A stretch of 57,627 bases of DNA from Clostridiales bacterium (GTDB taxonomy: Bacteria > Bacillota > Clostridia > Lachnospirales > Lachnospiraceae): NCBI GenBank assembly GCA_019420405.1, contig JAHZHF010000001.1, positions 1-57,627 of the forward strand, in the 5' to 3' direction. Below the pieces are notes generated by a model. It did no database searches, had not been told where the DNA came from, and saw only the letters and a program-made list of their open reading frames with translations. Below are positions 47,888 through 56,417 of this stretch, piece after piece (position 1 is the first letter of the stretch; each line of letters begins with the position of its first letter). The translations under genes and the position numbers were made by a program.

Positions 47888-49939
47888 GTGGGAACAATAG
47901 AATTTCTGCAGGATAAACTGCTGATTGACCAAAGTGTGTCCGCATATTTGTCACATACACCGATTATTTACATATTGACGGATGAGATGCATTTCATGGA
48001 TACGCTGATTGAAGAGCAGTGCATGGTGGAACTGAAGCGATGGAGGGGAGAAAATCCTGATACGGCCGTCACTGAATCAGTTCCGGCCGGTCTGATCAAG
48101 CAGTATGCGGCGTCGAAGGAAGAGACAATCAAAGAACCGGGAGGAAAGTACTCATGGAAGTGCAATGTGCGGGTATATCAGGCCGGAGCAGTAATTGACC
48201 CGCTGGATTTCATCAGGAAGCATGAAGAAAAGTTTCCCGCTATTCTGGGAGTGAAAAACTATAAGCTTGCACTGAATGCACTGGGGATAGAAGGGAGACA
48301 GCGCACAGAAGGAAATATCCAGCGGTATGTGATGCAGTATTTAAATTCATCTGTACAGAGCGCGCTCCGGCGTTCGGTTCTCCTTCTGGCTGATTCTGAA
48401 CTGCTCATCCCCAAAGGACTGGAAGACTATGTGGCGGTGATCGAGCCGGAAAGCCTGAAGGCTTCAGAAATCAAGGAGATCATCCGGAAATTTGCGGATG
48501 AGATCGGCGAAAGCCCGGAGAGACGTTACATCGAAGAGCTTGCGGACAGACTGAAAGGATTCGGAAGGGAGAAGATCAGGACCATACTTACCCGGATTAT
48601 ATATGAAGGAGATTATCTGTCCAATAATCAGTATACTGCGCTCAGACCTCCGGAAAAAAGGCCGGAGCGGGTAGCCTTTGATATTATTAATCAGGAGAAG
48701 CAGCAGATGCTGAGCAAAGAAGGGATTCTTGATTATGAAACGGTTGTTCAGGATCCTGAGATCGGCGGTATGGACGAATTGATGAATTATCTTGAGGAAA
48801 AGTGCCATTTTATTTTGAATCACCGAATGGAATTTAAGAGAAGCAGGAATATTGATTTTCCGAAAGGCCTGCTGGTGTGCGGGATTCCGGGCACGGGAAA
48901 GAGTATGATGGCAAAGAAGATTTCCAAAGTGCTCAATCTGCCGCTGATCAGTATGGATATGGGAAATATTACGAAATCTTATCTGGGTGAGTCGGCTTCG
49001 AATATGAAAAAGGCGCTGAAGCTTGCGGAAAGCATGGCGCCCTGCGTTCTCTGGATTGATGAGATTGAAAAAGCATTCGCAGGTATGAACGGAGGCGCAT
49101 CCGACAGCGCATCCGCAGAGGTTCAGCGTTGTTTTGGAATGATGCTGAAATGGATGCAGGAGCAGGGGGAACCAAAGCGAAAGGGGGAAGATCCGCCGGC
49201 ACCGTGCTTTCTGTTCGCAACGTCAAATAATGTATCCAATCTTCCGCCGGAATTTCTCAGAAGCGGAAGGTTTGACAAAAAGTATTACGTATTTATGCCG
49301 ACGGAAAAAGAGTGCATAGATATATTTAAAGCGGATATCAGAAATGTGGACAAGGCGTGCGATGAAAAGGGCAATCGGACTGTTCTTTTTGGGAAGACGA
49401 TGCAGGATGACGGATTCTGGAAAGAAATTATGGACTATTGTGTATCGGATGACGGAAAAGGAAAAAGAAGAAAATTTCTGACCGGCTCCGATATCCACGA
49501 GATCAACCAGGATGCGATCCGCAGAACCCTGTATGCGGAATTTGGCGGCAATACAGAAAAGTACAGGAAGATGAGCGCTCAGGAGCGATACAGGACGCTG
49601 GAAACAAATTTCGCGGGCAGTGCGGTGTTGGCAAAGCCGTATGACCCGGGGATCTATAAAGAAATGCTGAAACAGGCGATAGACGAGGCCAGGCCTTATG
49701 GCGAGACAAACGGCGGAGATATTGCAAGGTGCTACATCTCTCTGTATGAAAACAGATTTAATCCGGTTTCCAGAGAGGAAGAAGTGCTGATCCCCTTCAG
49801 TGAGTATCACAGCGACCGCGAAGAGGTAATTGACATAAGCGAAGAAAGACTGGCTTGTCTCCATGGAGATAGCCGGTATGACAGAGAATTGTACCGCTAT
49901 ATAGGAGAACGGATAAATCAGATTGTGAAAGAAAGATGA
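47888..49939 (+). CDS. AAA+ ATPase, Ycf46-like
   Basis: IGGMDELM, PKGLLVCGIPGTGKS (Walker A), YLGES, APCVLWIDEIEKAF (Walker B), ATSNN, LPPEFLRSGRFD (SRH). GTG start after GGAGGTG. Confidence 0.9.
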   Translation: MGTIEFLQDKLLIDQSVSAYLSHTPIIYILTDEMHFMDTLIEEQCMVELKRWRGENPDTAVTESVPAGLIKQYAASKEETIKEPGGKYSWKCNVRVYQAGAVIDPLDFIRKHEEKFPAILGVKNYKLALNALGIEGRQRTEGNIQRYVMQYLNSSVQSALRRSVLLLADSELLIPKGLEDYVAVIEPESLKASEIKEIIRKFADEIGESPERRYIEELADRLKGFGREKIRTILTRIIYEGDYLSNNQYTALRPPEKRPERVAFDIINQEKQQMLSKEGILDYETVVQDPEIGGMDELMNYLEEKCHFILNHRMEFKRSRNIDFPKGLLVCGIPGTGKSMMAKKISKVLNLPLISMDMGNITKSYLGESASNMKKALKLAESMAPCVLWIDEIEKAFAGMNGGASDSASAEVQRCFGMMLKWMQEQGEPKRKGEDPPAPCFLFATSNNVSNLPPEFLRSGRFDKKYYVFMPTEKECIDIFKADIRNVDKACDEKGNRTVLFGKTMQDDGFWKEIMDYCVSDDGKGKRRKFLTGSDIHEINQDAIRRTLYAEFGGNTEKYRKMSAQERYRTLETNFAGSAVLAKPYDPGIYKEMLKQAIDEARPYGETNGGDIARCYISLYENRFNPVSREEEVLIPFSEYHSDREEVIDISEERLACLHGDSRYDRELYRYIGERINQIVKER

Positions 49940-49955
49940 AGAGAGGAGGAGAGCG

Positions 49956-50639
49956 ATGGAACTGGTGATTGCATCTGTTTTACTGGGCGCCCTTGCCGGT
50001 TACACGATAGCGGAAGGGGTTGTAAGCCTGGTGAGTTATATCAACAGGAAAAGAAGAAGATTCCACTATACCTGTACAGAGTTCAAACCGCTGGAGCAGG
50101 ATCAGAAGGTGATTGACAGGATTCGGGACTGCATCAGGAGCCATTACAGCAATGATATTGCAGGAGCGCTGCTGGAGATGAACGGAGATGAGAGACAGGA
50201 GGCCCTGCGCAATCTTGCAAGAGATGTTGCGGAATGTATGGAGATTGAGGAACCGGAAGTGGTTTTTCAGACATCGTCGGAAATGGGAATGGGAAGGCAG
50301 GGAGCCTATCGTTTCCTGGAAAACAAGCTTTATATAAATATTGATTACGTCCTGATTAATGACAGGGACGTTCTGCTCGATGCGGCGGATACAGTGATCC
50401 ATGAAATGTCCCATGCGTATCAGGATCACAAGATAGAAGAACTTCTGGAAATGATGAGCAGAGGCGAAGAGCCGGAGTTTACGGATGAGAATATGCGTAC
50501 TGCGGAATGGATGGCGAATATGCAGGATTACGTTACATTTGATGTAGACCCGGCAGGTTACAGATACCAGCCGTTGGAACTGTTTGCATTTGGCATGGCT
50601 GGCATAATCACAGCAGAGTTCAGGGAGGTAAAAGGATGA
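49956..50639 (+). CDS. membrane-anchored HEXXH (zincin-like) metallopeptidase
   Basis: N-terminal hydrophobic helix then RKRRR; GAY....KLYINIDY, TVIHEMSHAYQ, YRYQPLE. Confidence 0.75.
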   Translation: MELVIASVLLGALAGYTIAEGVVSLVSYINRKRRRFHYTCTEFKPLEQDQKVIDRIRDCIRSHYSNDIAGALLEMNGDERQEALRNLARDVAECMEIEEPEVVFQTSSEMGMGRQGAYRFLENKLYINIDYVLINDRDVLLDAADTVIHEMSHAYQDHKIEELLEMMSRGEEPEFTDENMRTAEWMANMQDYVTFDVDPAGYRYQPLELFAFGMAGIITAEFREVKG

Positions 50640-51031
50640 TACTTCGTATTTCGTACAACGTTCTTCGCGGATTCCTTTCAAATAAGGGATACCGGGACAG
50701 AGAGATTGCCAGGTCAGTTAGAAGGCTGAGGATGACGGACAGTGATTTAAAAGAAGCGTTTATCCTGTTTTTTAACGAAGGGATAGAGCCGGATATTACG
50801 GTTCATGATATTTCATATCATGATCTTACCACCGTATTTGAAATGAGTCCGCTGACAGCGATCCTTTTCCTGGACTGGCTTCGGAAGGAACCGGATATTG
50901 CTTTTGATACGCTGAGGATGAGAAGCCCGATGGATCTGGAAGGGTTCGAAACAGTAATCAAGGAGCAGATTACGCCGGCAGTTCCAGAGAAAGAGGAGGA
51001 TAGTTCAGATATTACGATAGAAATTAAATAA
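50636..51031 (+). CDS. hypothetical protein translationally coupled to the peptidase
   Basis: ATGA overlap with the peptidase stop; motif MSPLTAILFLDWLRKEPDIA. Confidence 0.75.
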   Translation: MILRISYNVLRGFLSNKGYRDREIARSVRRLRMTDSDLKEAFILFFNEGIEPDITVHDISYHDLTTVFEMSPLTAILFLDWLRKEPDIAFDTLRMRSPMDLEGFETVIKEQITPAVPEKEEDSSDITIEIK

Positions 51032-51037
51032 AAGGGG

Positions 51038-51086
51038 TTGACAAACAATTACAACAGTATTATATTAATTACAACAGTAGTAAATA
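51038..51086 (+). promoter_or_regulatory. internal sigma-A promoter with 13-bp direct repeats AATTACAACAGTA (51047-51059, 51067-51079)
   Basis: TTGACA(51038)-17 bp-TATATT(51061); the repeats are 20 bp apart and flank the -10 element. Confidence 0.75.
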
Positions 51087-51106
51087 AAAAAGAAGGAGGA
51101 AGAAGT

Positions 51107-52222
51107 ATGAACGACAAATACAAAAAGATTCTGGAAGAGATGATGGCGGCATTTCAGGAACACATCAGGGAAGACGCAGGCGTAAAAGAGAACATGATGA
51201 ATATCTACAGAGAAGCATACGGGGATATCACAGAGGAAGAGGCGGAAAAGATTGTGGATAAACTTCTGGAGGGAATACATAAGTTCGATGAAACGCTGAG
51301 CGCGTATATGGAGAAAGGGACAGAAGCTGTTCTGGAAGAGATAGACGCGTCTCTGGGAGAAGCTTCAAATGAAGAAAAATATGCGGCGTATCTAAATGCT
51401 ATAGTTGTAATTAAAACATTGGATTCAAGTATTTTGGAAAAAATACTGAGAGAAGGAAACTTTGAAAATGATGAGATGTTTTCTCAGGTGAAAGGGGCCG
51501 TTCAGATCGAGAGCAACGCAATAGTTACGGATGAGATGCTGGAGGAGGCAAGAAAACAGCTCGCTGACGCCCTCGAAACTTCCGTTATTTCCTTAAGCGA
51601 CATCAAAGCCCTGCAGGAAATGCCGCCGGAAGAGGTGGAAGCATTTGCCAGAAATTTTGCAGATGAAAGATGGGCGGATGAAGAACGGAAAGCATACTTC
51701 TCGCTCGCGGTGTACATGGCCTATCAGGATGAGGACATCGAGATGGACGAAGAAGCTTCTGATCCGTTTTTCTGGGCCGTATCAACTGCGGCGGCGATGG
51801 AGACTGAGAGAGTAATTCAGGACGCGAAGAAAGGGCTTATCTCCTGGGAAACAGCGAGAAAAATTCTGAAGGGAATCGGATACACGGTGCTTGTGCTTGG
51901 AATGGGGCTGATCCTGCTAGGCGTTACGGGTATATTTCTTGATATTTTAGGGCATACGATGGGCTTTCTGGGAACCGCGTTTTTCGCAGCAATCGGTATC
52001 TGGATCATCGGAGGCATGCTCAGTGTATCTGGCAAACCGCTGTTATGGTATTCGGATATGTTTGACCGGGCTGTGGAATTCCTCTCGGAGCATACCGAGT
52101 CTCTGCGTGAAAATATCCGAACCGCTCTGAAATTTGTCAGAGAAAAGCTGTCCGCCGGATATGTGCGTATGCGGGATGCGGTGAAAAATAATATTCTGAA
52201 CAGACCTACGGTAAAAGTATAA
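51107..52222 (+). CDS. acidic helical protein with C-terminal glycine-rich 2-TM hairpin
   Basis: AAGGAGG RBS; TM segments GYTVLVLGMGLILLGVTGIFL and GFLGTAFFAAIGIWIIGGML. Confidence 0.75.
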   Translation: MNDKYKKILEEMMAAFQEHIREDAGVKENMMNIYREAYGDITEEEAEKIVDKLLEGIHKFDETLSAYMEKGTEAVLEEIDASLGEASNEEKYAAYLNAIVVIKTLDSSILEKILREGNFENDEMFSQVKGAVQIESNAIVTDEMLEEARKQLADALETSVISLSDIKALQEMPPEEVEAFARNFADERWADEERKAYFSLAVYMAYQDEDIEMDEEASDPFFWAVSTAAAMETERVIQDAKKGLISWETARKILKGIGYTVLVLGMGLILLGVTGIFLDILGHTMGFLGTAFFAAIGIWIIGGMLSVSGKPLLWYSDMFDRAVEFLSEHTESLRENIRTALKFVREKLSAGYVRMRDAVKNNILNRPTVKV

Positions 52223-52246
52223 TTTTGTCAGGAGAGACTGAGAAAG

Positions 52247-53056
52247 TTGAAAGTAAACAGCGGTTTGGAGATGACGATTCAAAGAGAACTTCTATATATT
52301 GAAAAGCAGGAACAGAAGCTTGCCCGGCTTGCACAGAAGTCAAAACCAGGATGGAAGGAAGAGCTGGAGACAAAGATCCCGGAGAAAGTCCGCGTAAACT
52401 TGGAGAAGGCGTTTATAAAAGCCTTCTCCATCATCTTTAAATACGGGGATTCTATGATCGAAAAGGGGATAGATAAGGATATGATCCTCAAAGAATATGA
52501 GGAACATGACTATGCTGTCCACCTTGGTCAGACCAGGAAAGATCTGAAAAAACTGAGAAGAGATGCAGGTGCGGCGGATATGAAAAATATGGCCGTCACA
52601 TCCGCAGAAGGGATCGGACTGGGGATTCTCGGGATCGGTCTTCCGGATATCATTGTTTTCCTCGGGATGCTTCTGAAAGGAGTCTATGAAACATCACTGA
52701 GATATGGATTCAGATATGAAGACGAGAAAGAAAAAGTGCTGATCCTTAAGATGATGCAGGCTTCCCTTTCCAGAGGCGGCGAGTGGGAAGCCAACAACCG
52801 GGAAGCAGATGCGATGCTCTGCAGCCGGAATATGGAAAGCAGCCATGGACTTCTGAAAAAGCAAATAGAAGAAACAGGGAAGGCCTTCGCAGTTGATATG
52901 CTCATGCTGAAATTTATCCAGGGGCTTCCTGTCGTCGGCATCGTGGGAGGAGCGGCGAATCCGGTTTATTACCGCCGGGTTCTGAGATATGTGAGACTGA
53001 AATATTATAAAAGATATCTCTTACGCGGGAGGGTGGCAGATGAGAACGGTTTATGA
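52247..53056 (+). CDS. EcsC family protein
   Basis: EGIGLGILGIGLPDI, LKGVYETSLRYGF.Y, KFIQGLPVVGIVGGAAN, YYKRYL. Start could be ATG 52271. Confidence 0.75.
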   Translation: MKVNSGLEMTIQRELLYIEKQEQKLARLAQKSKPGWKEELETKIPEKVRVNLEKAFIKAFSIIFKYGDSMIEKGIDKDMILKEYEEHDYAVHLGQTRKDLKKLRRDAGAADMKNMAVTSAEGIGLGILGIGLPDIIVFLGMLLKGVYETSLRYGFRYEDEKEKVLILKMMQASLSRGGEWEANNREADAMLCSRNMESSHGLLKKQIEETGKAFAVDMLMLKFIQGLPVVGIVGGAANPVYYRRVLRYVRLKYYKRYLLRGRVADENGL

Positions 53057-53783
53057 TATCCATATGCATTTGATTCCGGAAGTGGACGACGGGGCATGGA
53101 ATATGGAGATGGCGCTGTCTATGCTTCAGATGGCATACGCCCAGGGAATCCGGAAGATATTCGCCACTCCCCACAGCAGTGCGTTCTTTTCGGATGCGGA
53201 TCTTGTCAGGGAAAATTACGGGAAGCTGAAAAAGGAAGCCGGACAGATCTGGCCGGATGTGGAAATCTTTCCCGGATGCGAAGTTCTGCTCGAAGAATAT
53301 TCCATAGAGGAAGTTTTGCGCGGACTTGAGGCCGGAAGAATCCCGTCTATGAATGGAACCTGCTATGTCCTGGCTGAATTTCATCAGGGAGCAGAGGCGG
53401 AGGAAGCAGAAAGATGCACGGAAAAGCTGAGAGAATGCGGCTGGCGTCCGATCATCGCCCATGCGGAGCGGTATCGCTTTGCATATCATGACCGAGCGGC
53501 GCTTGTGAGAATGCTCGCGGCCGGATGCCTGTGCCAGATCAATGCGTGCAGCCTGACAGAAGAGCCGGCCGGATGGATCAGGGAGAATGCAAGATGGATG
53601 ATCCAGGAGAAGCTGGCCGGTTTCCTGGGTTCTGATGCACATCGGACATTCTACAGACCGCCGGAAGTTCAGTCCGGACTGGAGTATCTGTACAGTGTTT
53701 CCGAACGGGCGTATGCGGATGACGTGGCATACAGAAATGCCGAGCGGCTGATCAGATGTACCGACATCAATTACAAATATTAG
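53040..53783 (+). CDS. PHP-fold tyrosine-protein phosphatase, CpsB/YwqE family
   Basis: DIHMHLIPEVDDGA, IFATPH, PIIAHAERY, CQIN, GSDAH. Confidence 0.9.
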   Translation: MRTVYDIHMHLIPEVDDGAWNMEMALSMLQMAYAQGIRKIFATPHSSAFFSDADLVRENYGKLKKEAGQIWPDVEIFPGCEVLLEEYSIEEVLRGLEAGRIPSMNGTCYVLAEFHQGAEAEEAERCTEKLRECGWRPIIAHAERYRFAYHDRAALVRMLAAGCLCQINACSLTEEPAGWIRENARWMIQEKLAGFLGSDAHRTFYRPPEVQSGLEYLYSVSERAYADDVAYRNAERLIRCTDINYKY

Positions 53784-53800
53784 TGTACTGGGGGGACGCA

Positions 53801-54511
53801 ATGTTGCAAATAGAGACTTTGAACCAGTTCCGGGACAGAACTCAGGGCTTTTCAAGAGACAGCCTTCCGCGGGAAGGCTGTTTCGAAACACGGGACAGCC
53901 TGACGGTAAAAGTAGGGAGAAACGGAGAATTCCTTCCCTTTGCCGGAAACACTACCGTGTTTCTGCTTGAGGAAGAAGCAAAAGACAGGATTGAAAATAT
54001 ACAGAATGCTCTTTATGAAAACTGCGGAGACATGTTGGCGGAACCGCTGAAAAAAGATTCCTTTCACATGACGCTTCACGATCTGCTGAACGAAGGAGCA
54101 GGCAGAGCGGCAGAAGCAGATATGCAGAGAGTCCGTACAGCGGCGGCAGAAATTCTGCACAGAATATGGGAGCGGGAGAAAGAACCTGTAGAGATAAGGA
54201 TGACCTGGGTGTTTAATATGGTAAATACCAGCGTTGTGATCGGATTCGAGCCCGCAGAAGAAGCAGACTGCAGGAGAATTATGTCGATGTATGAAGAACT
54301 GCAGCAGGCGGTAAGACTGAATTATCCCCTGACCCCTCATATTACGGCGGCTTATTATAAGCCGGGCAGATATGGGCGCGGCGAGATTGAGAGACTGTCA
54401 GGGGTATTTGACAAGCTGAGCAGAGAACCGTTTGTTATACGGTTTCGGATAGAAAATCTGGTATATCAGGAGTTTACCAGCATGAACCAATATGAAACAG
54501 TATTGATTTGA
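53801..54511 (+). CDS. 2H phosphoesterase family protein
   Basis: Two HxT motifs (SFHMTL, TPHITAAY) and FLPFAGNTTVF. Confidence 0.7.
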   Translation: MLQIETLNQFRDRTQGFSRDSLPREGCFETRDSLTVKVGRNGEFLPFAGNTTVFLLEEEAKDRIENIQNALYENCGDMLAEPLKKDSFHMTLHDLLNEGAGRAAEADMQRVRTAAAEILHRIWEREKEPVEIRMTWVFNMVNTSVVIGFEPAEEADCRRIMSMYEELQQAVRLNYPLTPHITAAYYKPGRYGRGEIERLSGVFDKLSREPFVIRFRIENLVYQEFTSMNQYETVLI

Positions 54512-54680
54512 GGCGTGACAAACAGCGTGGACTGAACTGCTGCGGGATTATGTATGTTTTGTATGTGGCAGGAGAGTTCCGCTGGCAGAACTCCCTGTTC
54601 TATGGTAAAGTAGGTGTAAGATAAAAAAGGGCAGGATCGTTTGATGCGTATTATCTTATTCTGCGGAAGGGGATATTTAT

Positions 54681-56317
54681 ATGGGAATGTTTTTAACAGC
54701 CGTATGCCATATGAAGCGTACAAGGATATCACGGAAATGCGTTTCTTTGTTGATAAAACTCTGCTGCTGACAAAAGTGATAGATTCTGTTGAGATTGACA
54801 GGCAGAAATATCTGTGCATAACAAGACCGCGCCGTTTCGGGAAAAGCGTTATGGCAAATATGCTCGGGGCTTTCTTCGGAAATGCTGTGAATGCGGAAGA
54901 CGTCTTTCAAAATCTGGAAATTGCATCGAAAGCAGTAAATAAAGAAAAAGAATATTATGCTGCACATATAAACAAACATAATGTCATATACATTGACTTC
55001 AGCCGTATGCCCAGAAACTGTACGGAATACTCCCGGTATATAGACCGCATACAGGACGGACTGAACCACGATCTGCGGGAAGCGTATCCGGAAGCGGGAG
55101 TTAAGCCGGATCATGCGGTGTGGGATAACCTGAAAATGGTATTTGAACAATCAGGCGAAAGATTTATTTTTATCATGGATGAATGGGATGCCGTCTTCCA
55201 TAAGAGCTTTATCCGGGAAGAGGATAAAAAAGCATATCTTGAATTTTTAAGAGATCTGCTGAAAGGGCAGGCTTATACGGAGCTGGCATATATGACCGGA
55301 ATTCTCCCGATAGCCAAGTATTCGAGCGGATCCGAGCTTAATATGTTTCTGGAATATGACATGGCGACAAAAATGAAGTTCAGCGAGTATTTTGGATTTA
55401 ATGATGGAGAAGTTGACCGGCTCTTTCAGATTTATAAAAATACGACTGAAATGTGCAGAATCGAAAGAAAAGACCTGACAGAGTGGTATGACGGATATCA
55501 TACCGCGGCAGGGGAAAGGCTTTATAATCCCCGGTCTGTCGTTTCCGCACTTACAGATAATCAGATTAGTAATTACTGGACCAGTTCAGGGCCGTATGAT
55601 GAGATCTTTTATTATATTCGGAATAATATAACTGAGGTAAGGGATGACATTGCGCTGATGGTTTCCGGAGAACATATTGAGATCAGACTTGATGGGTATT
55701 CGGCAGTGAGTAATGAATTGAATACGAAAAATCAGATTTATTCAGCTATGGTCGTGTACGGGCTTCTGACATATGACGAGGAGGCTTCAGAAGTATTTAT
55801 TCCAAACAGAGAACTGATGGATAAATATAATGAGCTGTTGATGTCCAGTGACAGCCTTGGTTATGTTCACCGGCTGGCTAAAGAATCAGGAAGGATGTTA
55901 AAGGCAACATTAGAAGGTGACACGACAACAATGGCGTCGATTCTCCAGTATGCTCATAATACAGAGGCGGGGATTCTGTCATATAATCATGAAGTAGAAT
56001 TGTCGGCAATTATAAATTTGGTATACCTGGCAGCAAGAGATAAATACCGTGTAGAACGAGAAGATAAAGCAGGAAAAGGATTTGTAGATTTCATTTTTTA
56101 TCCGGAAAGGAAAGGTGCGGATACAATTATAATTGAATTGAAAATAGATGCCGATCCCCAGGAAGCAATACAGCAGATTAAAGATAAGGAATATATATTA
56201 AGAGTTAAGGGTAAGCTTGCCGAACGACCGAAATATACAGGAAGAATTCTTGCAGTCGGCATCAGTTATAACACCAAAACGAAAGAACATTACTGTAAAG
56301 TAGAAGTGTTGGAATAA
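54681..56317 (+). CDS. AAA-ATPase-like + PD-(D/E)XK nuclease protein, apparent frameshift right after the start
   Basis: FFVDKT, ITRPRRFGKS, IMDEWD, MTGILPI, YNPRSV, GKGFVDFIF..IIIELK. The RBS-linked ATG 54681 is out of frame with the main ORF. Confidence 0.85.
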
Positions 56318-56349
56318 AAGCGTACAATACTGCAGAGTATATAGGAACA

Positions 56350-56378
56350 GCCCCGGAATCATTTTTAAAATCCGGGGC
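56350..56378. terminator. hairpin between convergent genes
   Basis: GCCCCGGA-atcatttttaaaa-TCCGGGGC. Confidence 0.6.
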
Positions 56379-56417
56379 AGTTTCTGCGTTTTGAGAACAC
56401 ATATAGGGAACTGCATA

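Noticed and set aside
51047..51086. Direct repeat considered as a mini CRISPR or iteron array
   Set aside because: Only two 13-bp units with a 7-nt gap, no cas or rep gene, and it overlaps a promoter, so an operator is the better explanation.
42127..52222. Prophage or ICE interpretation based on the excisionase-like HTH
   Set aside because: No integrase, relaxase, T4SS or phage structural genes, and no att repeats seen.
52914..53891. Minus-strand 325-aa ORF
   Set aside because: Shadow of the PHP phosphatase.
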